Source: the human T2T-CHM13v2.0 reference genome, Homo sapiens | Direction of reading: 5' to 3' | NCBI GenBank assembly: GCA_009914755.4 | Contig: CP068257.2 | Coordinates: 38,336,001 to 38,400,000, forward strand | Length of the DNA: 64,000 nucleotides | Made by a program: the position numbers and the translations under genes | The notes under the pieces: generated by a model | The model's database searches: none | Told to the model about the DNA's origin: nothing | What the model saw: the letters and a program-made list of their open reading frames with translations, nothing else | In this document: piece by piece, positions 55,445-64,000 of the stretch | Position numbering within the stretch: position 1 is the stretch's first letter | How the letters are laid out: the number at the start of each line of letters is the position of its first letter

Positions 55445-56137
55445 CCTAGAGAAACTTCACGGGGGAGAATAAGGAAGGAGATACTCACATTTACAATGTC
55501 ATCTACTCTTATTCATTCATCTACTTATTTATTTATCATCAAATATTTATTGAACATTGAATGTATACTAGGCACTAGGATAGGTACAGGGATAGAATAA
55601 AAGATAAGAACTTGCATTAGGTAGAGCTCCCCAGAAATAGAACTCGAGATGTGAATTTATATGCAGTGATTTATTAAAGTGTTATCAAGATAAATCAGAA
55701 AAAGGGTAGAGGAGGAAAGGTTGGAAAAATTCAGACTGTGCTCCATCTTGAGGCCAGGAAGCTGGGTTTCCATACACCTGCAATTGTCAGTCAGTCCGAG
55801 TGCTATGGCAATGCCATCTATTGCAATACAGACTCAGGAAGAGGGGATCCAGGAGCAGTGGGGTCACATGTAGTTATGAGTGTTGATTAGATTGAGTTTG
55901 AGCTTTACATGGGATGGGCAAGCAGAGGTGTCTGGAGGCTATTGAATGTGGACTGGAAGCTCAGAAAAGTTCAGGCTGAAGATTTAAATTTAGGAATCAC
56001 CAGAATATAGACGGTAACTAAAGCTGTGATTGAAGATGAAATGCTAACATTGCCCAGGGTGAGTAATGCACAGGACTGAGGTTGCAACTCTGGGAACATA
56101 CACCTTTGAAGGTAATTTGGAGAAAGAGGACCTTGCT

Positions 56138-56778
<641 letters not shown>

Positions 56779-59700
56779 GAAGAGAGATCTGAGGTGATGC
56801 TCTGTTCTATCTCAAGACCCTTCAGAGAGTCCCCACCAGCAACACAGCTCTCACTGAATATAGCCCCTTGATCTTGGACTTCTCAGACTCTATAACTTGG
56901 AGAAATAAATTCCTTTTCTTCATAAACCAGTTTCAGGTATTCTGTTATGAGCAACAGAAAATGGACTAAGACCGAAGGGGAGATGTAGGACAGTGTCTCC
57001 AGTGAGTTCAGGGAAAGTGGGTGGCGTTTTTATTGATGGGGGAGACTTGAATGTCTTCACACGTGGGTATGAGATAAGATCCAGGTGTAGAAGGGAGGGT
57101 GAGAGTTTGTAAAGTTGGGAGCAGCTGGGATCCAGAGTGTGGATGGAGGGAGGAGTTATGGATGGGAAGAGGCAGGGTCAGGAAGGAGGTGGCTGTGAGG
57201 AGTTTGGTGGTGGGAGCAGAACAGGAAAGATACACCATGGCCTTTGATGTCAGGGGTGTCTGTCTGCTGAGAGTGAGGGAAGGAGACGGGATGGGCATTT
57301 GGGAAGGTCCCTAAGGGTTTGCCTGGGTTGGCATCAGATGTGCTGGCTCCCCAGGAGCCTCAGCTGGCTCAGCTCTGGTCACCTGGTTCACATTTCCAAG
57401 GATGAGAAATGTGAGGTGCCTGCTGCCCGGTGTACTAAGGCAGGAGCAGGGCCTGGGGAGAGGGAGGGCCTGGGGAGAGGGAGGGACTGGGCACACGCCC
57501 CCTACGGAGAGACCCTCAGACTTTTTACCAATGATGGCAACAACAGAAAGCAGTTTTCTGCTGACTGTCACGCAGGGGCCACCAGCATGAATTTAGAAAT
57601 CTACTCAAGAGGATGTTCAGGTAGAGCTTTGCCTAAAGAGAGGTTTTTATTTAGAAGGACCTGAGGGAAGGTCCATCTTTTCAACAGCAGCATGTGAGAA
57701 TTTGTGCAACACACATGTAGTATCGGAAACCTACAAATAATCAGGTTGGTCTTTTAAACTTCCTTTTCCCTCTAGGATAAAATGCAAACACAACAATAAT
57801 TAGGTGAGTTTAGGAGTTTATTAAAAGGATAAAAGTCTGCCTTACACACTGAGCTCACAGACATGGAGAACCTCCCTTTTTATGTTCCACGACACATCTA
57901 TGCACACTGACTTTCATGTCACATCCTTCTTAAACAGTCACCAATTCACCACTTTGGGCTGATGCCTGTGCAGGGTGCTAGGGGTACAAAAAATAAATGG
58001 AGGGCAGCCTCAACTTACCCCCCACCACACACTTTTAAGGAGCTCAAATATCTGCCCAGTGAGGTTGGTACTGAGAAAGGTCATCTCCTTGTTGGGCAAG
58101 CAGGGCCTTAGCGTCCTCCTGGTCCACTCAGGTCTGTTTACTGATGTCCAACCAGATGGCCTTTTGTGAGACCTCCTGGCTTGTTACCGAGGAGCTGGTG
58201 CTTGGACTAAGCCTCTCAGTGCAGTGTTCTTCCTATTAGGCCACGTCCCTTGCTCGCCCCAAATTTTCCTGTGATCCTAGGTCATTGAATAAGCCCAATT
58301 TTTACATGCTGCGGAATGGACACGCAAACACATCTAAGAATGGACCTTGACCAAGACGGACATCAGAAGCTTTTCCAGTTACTTCCATAGCAACAAGAAT
58401 GTCCCCTTCCCAGGTGCTCTGTAACTCCTTTTGGAAGCGTCTTCATTATTCTTGGCTCCATGCAAAGAACTCCCAGTCCTCTTCCTGGAAACGTCAGCAC
58501 CTTGGTGTTGAGGGTAAACTTTTGCTACAGAAAACGTCAGCACCTTGGTGTTGAGGGTTAACTTTTGCTACAGAAGTGGACAGAATGCCATCTGCTAACT
58601 CGAAGATGATGAGAGACCTTTCAAAGAGTATCAACTGGAGAAGAGAAGTAGAAGTTTCAATGAGGAATGTTCTGTCATCACATGACTAAACAGAGGAACA
58701 GACACAGGATTGGGTTGATACTAGATGGAGGTAAAATCAGTTCTAGTGGCTGTATCTTTCTCTGGCTGTTGCTTCACTTGGCATGTGCAAAGTGTATCTC
58801 TTAGAACTGTCATCAGTCACCTTGCTGGGCTGTGACGGAACCACCTTTCACCCTGGATGGGGAAACAGATGTTGAGGGTTGTTGGCGTGCTGCAGGCGTG
58901 TAGTGGATTTGTGTTCTACCAAGTGTGAGCAGTGGTTGCATGGACGACTGTGCTTCCACTCAGGGTGAGGGGCCTGGTTTTCCATACCTGGGGGTTGAAC
59001 CAGGATACCACACCATCAGTTTGCCATCTAGGAAGTTGCACCTTTATAAGACACTTATACTTTCGGCTCTGGAAACAGAAGCATCTTTTTAATACACTGC
59101 TAAAACATTTCTTCACAGAGTAGCAAGGGGACGTCCCCTCTATTTAGTGAGGTGGTCACCCTTAGGGGAACCTCAGAGAATGAAAGATTGAGGGAAACAT
59201 TGAATTAATTAATTGCTTGAGAATAAAACCCTTGTAGGCACACACAGCATGATAGGGAATGGCACCTCTCCTTTGGCTGTGATGCCCTCTGATGTCCAGT
59301 GGGCTTGGTGACCCACCTAGGTTGCGGTCTGGTCCAGGACTGCCATCCCCAAGGATCTTGGAGCAAGGACCCTTGCCCCTGGTGCCACCACACACATGAA
59401 TGTATGTGGCAGGTATTTTCTTCTCCATGGAAAGATGACCTCCTAGAGGCAGAGTCCAGCACTCTCTGGGTGATCCAGTGCTGAAGATGATAAACATTAT
59501 CTTTTCTTCTTAGAGTGGGGTTGAAGTTTCTGGGACACAAAGGGCTTTCTGGCTTTGTCAAGCTGGTCTTGAGAGATGAAACAGGCACCCCGCGCCATGT
59601 GCTAACAGTCACTTTTACCAAGTTTTCCATTTTTCTTCCTTTTTGATGGTGAGAGATTGAGAAGAGAGAGAAAGAAAAAAAATACCGTTCCCACCAAATT

Positions 59701-62700
59701 GCAAAAAGTTTGTGAGTCTAAGCTGTGACTTGTCCCTCTGGGGAGTCAGGGAGGGAGCTGGTGCTGCCCATGTCTGGTTTGTGCTTGTTGAGGATGGTAG
59801 AAAGCCTGGGATTTATACTTTTCTTGTGAGTTACCAAGCTGGCTTGTCTCAGTTTCATAGATGCTGGCAGAAGGCAGCATCAGAGATTGAGAATATCATT
59901 ACTCAAGTTATAGCAATGAGCGTGAGAGCCATATTCTCACCAGCTACCCATCCCTGCAGGGCCCTTGGGGTGAGGCAGAGCAGTCCAGTGGATGCTGTGT
60001 ACGCAGTGGGTTTGTGTCATAGCTGAGGAGCTCTAAGCTTAGGAAACCCTAAACTTTTTTTTTTCCAGTCGACAAATACTTGTAAGATGGCTATTGTGTG
60101 CCAGGGACTTTTCTAGGAACTATGGGCACAAGTAAACAAAACAAAGAATTATGTTCTTGTGAAGCTGACATCCTTGAGAGGAAAGACAGACAACAAAGAA
60201 TAACCATTATGAATAAATAAATTCTAGAGTGAGTTAGATGATAAGGGTATGGACAAGAGCTAAAGCAGATGTGGGGGGCAGGAATCCTGGGGGAGTTGTG
60301 GCATTGAATAGGGTGCTCATGGAGGCCCTCATTGAAAAGATGAGCTTGGACCAAAGATGAAGGAGCTGAGGGAGGCTGCCCCAGACCACCCAGATTCTAG
60401 GCAGAGACCAGAGAGGCTGTGACTCCTGATTGGCTGTGTCTAATGCCTAAGAAACTCTGGAAGGGGGTTGCTGGTACACCTGCCCAAATTTTGCCTCAGA
60501 TGGAGATGCTGTTTTTATTATCTAGGTCAGCCAACAAATCTGCCTTCTGCCCAGCAAGGAGACACTATCTCTATCTTCCAAGGCTATCTGCTATGCAAGC
60601 ATCCTTGAAAAAACAGCACAGAACAGAAACCATCAAAGCCTCTGCTCAAGAGACAGGCACAAATGCAATGACCCATGGGGGATGGTCTCCCCACAGGTAC
60701 ACTGACTCCCTTGATGGCACTCAGGTGACCCAAGTTAGCATCAGGCCTATCCAGTCTTCAGTCCCTGCTTGCCAGGGGGTGAGGAGATCAGCGAGGATCC
60801 TGTCCGCAGTTGCCATCTGACCCTGCTGTAGCTCTGGCTTGTCACTGCCACATATTCTTCAGGCTACTCAGTGACCCTGCCATCACAAGTCTCCTCCTCA
60901 AGCAAACAAACATCCCACAGCAAACAGACACAGCTTTTATGCAGGCCTGAAGATTCCTTCCTGGCTTAAACTCTTGTTAGGGATTACAACAGCTTGGTTT
61001 CCAAGACCTGCAGAAAATCTTTCTTTCACTGCAGCCACACTCTGCTGCCTCTCATGGACCACTTTGGAATAATGGGTGGAGAAGCAACATGGGCCTCGGG
61101 TGCCCTGGATATTAAACTGAGGATATTTAGTCTTTCCAGGTGCTCCTCAGAGAGCTGAGATACTCTCTACCACGTTCTTTAGAAAGTTAAAAGAGGACTT
61201 TTATGGACAAACTGTTAGTTTCCTTTGAACCTTTGGTGGGTAAGTGGTCTATAACACACTAGTCCTTTGGTTCCCAGTCTTATCCCAGTTTCAGAAGGCT
61301 GTGTGTCATTGCTGGAAATTGATTCATAGAGTTTCAGAGCTTCTCTAGAAGGCCTCAGCCATGTCCTTAAAAGTTGCATAAAACTTTTGGCATATGAGTG
61401 ATTCAGGGATCCTGACACCAGACCAGAGGGACCTCTACTGAGTGGTGATCTCCTGCTTGCGTAAAGAGCAATTTAAGCAACAGTGTGTTTTCTGTGTCGT
61501 AAGATAGTATCAAGGGTCTCTGCAGCAAGGGCCCAAAGATGATGGGTGGAATAAAAGCTTATCCGGTGTAGCTGGTAACCAGCTTCATGTCATGGCACTG
61601 GTCCATCTTTTCCCATCTCAACTGTTCCACCTTCTTCTCTTCAAGGGTAGACATGGTGGACGTGGATGCAAGATAGCAGGCATCAGGCAGATGTGAATGG
61701 CATGGAAAACCAGGCTCCTGGAGACATTGTGAGTGCTGAGTCCTGCGAGGCTTACTGGCTGCGTATTAAGAGAAGGCCTTGCTTAGTCCAGGAGGGTGGG
61801 CATTTTCCAGGCTGCCAGCCAGATGGATGCTGAGGAGGAAACCCAGTCCACTGATTCAACAGCTATTGTCCATGTACCCTATAGATATTGACCAGAGGAT
61901 AGAGAATTTATTTGAGTTTCACCATTCCAACATAGAATAATCTGTGTGCAGATTTGGGCTAATACGGTGACTTCCACAAAACAAATCAGACAGGTAGAGG
62001 TCTAGAGGAAGATTAATTATTATTACTGTCAATAACAGTCGTTTTAGTATACACTACCCTTTAATCTGCAGCCCCTGGAAGACAGCAATAATAGACCCCT
62101 ATCTGAACTGGAAGGAGGTGATCTTTTGAGACAATTGTTTGTGTGTTAAACTGATTTTAATGAGTATTTTTAAGGCAGGAGTCTTGAAAGCAATCCATTC
62201 TAGAGGCAGACATAATGTAGAATTTTTTTATTTTTGTACAGGTTGAGAGAAAAATGTTAAAAAGGTAAACTTCTATGTTTGGGGGATATAGAAGTTTTAG
62301 GTTGATGAAAGATAGACTTTTAATTTTTTCCCCCAGAAAGTAACATTTCTTTTGCATAAAAAAAAAACAGTCTGAGAGTATGCAAACAGTACACGTCAAC
62401 ACGGATTACATTCTGAAACCATGGATGCACACCTCACATTCCTGGAGTCATCTAACACTAGCATCAGCAGGTGGTCTTGACATGGTCCTGGACCCATTCT
62501 GTGTCACTGAATCTAAGCAGACAAATGGGCCTGCCTGGAAAATAAATAGAAGGAAGAAAGGATGGGAAAGAAGGAGGGAGGGAGGGAAGGAAAGACATTT
62601 CTGAATATGTTCCCAAGATGGTAATAACTGGCACCAGTCTATGTTGGTGGCCTTAATGGAAGCCTGTAGAGAATCTTCAGCCTGGGAGACTGAGCAGCTG

Positions 62701-64000
62701 TGGATATTTGATCATGTTTTCTGGTTAATGCCAAATCTCTGACACAAAGACCTGGTTATCTTTCCATTTTATGGAAGTGAGCCTGGAATGGAGTGTTGCA
62801 GCCAGGGGAGGATTACATCCTCTTTCAAAAGCAAACCCTGTGAGGGTTGTGGGATAAAGAATGCAGTTCCGACTATTTATGAGTAAATTCTCTCTTAGGA
62901 TGAGCCACATGGGAGATAAAGTGAGGGAAAGGAAAGTAAAAACTTAGATTTTAGAGGAACATCACTTTCCTCTGGTTACAGAGGATTCAGGCAATGTTTA
63001 TTAAGATGGTCTATCACAAATTTGCATACCAGGCATAGTGGAGATAGGAAAAGTCATGGAGGGTAAGACGCACGATCTTGCCCCTTGTCACGCAAGCTGG
63101 GGCTACATTTCAGACTCCAGAGCAAGGGTCTGGCAAATGTTTCCTGTAATGGGCCAGGTAATAAATATTTTAGGCTTCATGGGCTATACCATCTCTGCTG
63201 CAACTATTCAGCTCTACCATTGTGCCATGAAAGCAGCCATAGACAATAGCAAATAGTGCATGTGGCCTTGTTTCAATAAAACTTTATTTAAAAAACAGCA
63301 GGAGGCTGGATTTGGCCCATAGGCCACAGTCAGTTGAACTCTGGCCATGGGCAGGCAAGGGGCAGAGCTTTGCGACGGGCTTCGAATACTTGGGCTGGCC
63401 TCTGGTTGCGGTGGAGACCAGCCTGCATTTTGTCCTCTCCAGCTTGAGAGCAGGAGCTGCACCTTCTTTGTGCTTCCTGGAGATTCCTGAGGAGTTCAGG
63501 GTGTTAGTATCGACTCTGGTTTATTGAATTGGGCTCTGGGTTCAGGCCTGGTGTTTCCAAACAGAAGTGTCAATGGGAAGGAGGACCAGGCCACTGGCAG
63601 AAGACGAGAGAAGCAGACATGGAAATAAAGGCAGACAACCTTTTCTTTTTTATTTCGCTTAGACAAAATGCAAAGAGTGTCTCATTAAATTAAAAAAGAA
63701 ACAAGAGAGAAAACCAAATTGATTCCCCCCACCCCTTCACTGACGGCACTCATCCTAATTAACAACAAAAGAAGACCAAATTGAGAACCCGGTTTCTAAT
63801 GGGAAAGAAAGGTGTGCAAACGTGACTGAAGTTTTCCCCTGCCCGCAAATCGGTGTTCCTTTTAAATTCACAAATAGGCTGATTTCCCACCCACCCTGTT
63901 TTCTTTCTTGCCTCTTGTGTGATAGAACTTCCAGTCAGAAGGTTTAATTAATCCCCCCATGCACTTTTGTAGAAAATCAGTAAAAATGCAATAGCCTGTG

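Overview
This window is primate, almost certainly human, nuclear DNA. It is AT-rich, has few CpGs and no gene I can support, so it is intergenic or deep intronic. I recognise at least 13 Alu SINEs, several with clean target-site duplications. There are also MIR fragments, an L1 3' fragment, an L1 ORF1 remnant, a MER5-type hAT DNA transposon, two THE1/MST-type MaLR solo LTRs and several MLT1-type MaLR LTR fragments. I found no prokaryotic features (operons, CRISPR, RBS-led genes), and none are expected in this context. No ORF in the six-frame track has credible coding character. The longest ORFs are translations of a CA-rich microsatellite, of Alu sequence or of a pyrimidine repeat. I therefore call no CDS and no RNA gene, and I do not see a novel biological system here. 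The most striking object is a roughly 3.7 kb minisatellite at about 22611-26307. It has about 50 tandem copies of a 74-bp unit with internal variant subtypes arranged in higher-order duplicated blocks. The unit appears to be an expanded internal segment of an MLT1-family LTR whose two halves still flank the array. Other notable items follow. A roughly 770 bp degenerate CA block has extreme strand asymmetry and a roughly 175-bp higher-order periodicity. A young CpG-rich AluY sits head-to-tail against an older Alu. A short CpG-island-like patch lies at about 35.5-35.9 kb. CpG-retaining patches rich in TAAT/homeodomain motifs at 53.4-53.7 kb and 63.0-64.0 kb look like candidate conserved non-coding elements. 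All coordinates were read by eye from the numbered listing and may be off by a few bases. Repeat family names come from memory of consensus sequences, not from a database search.
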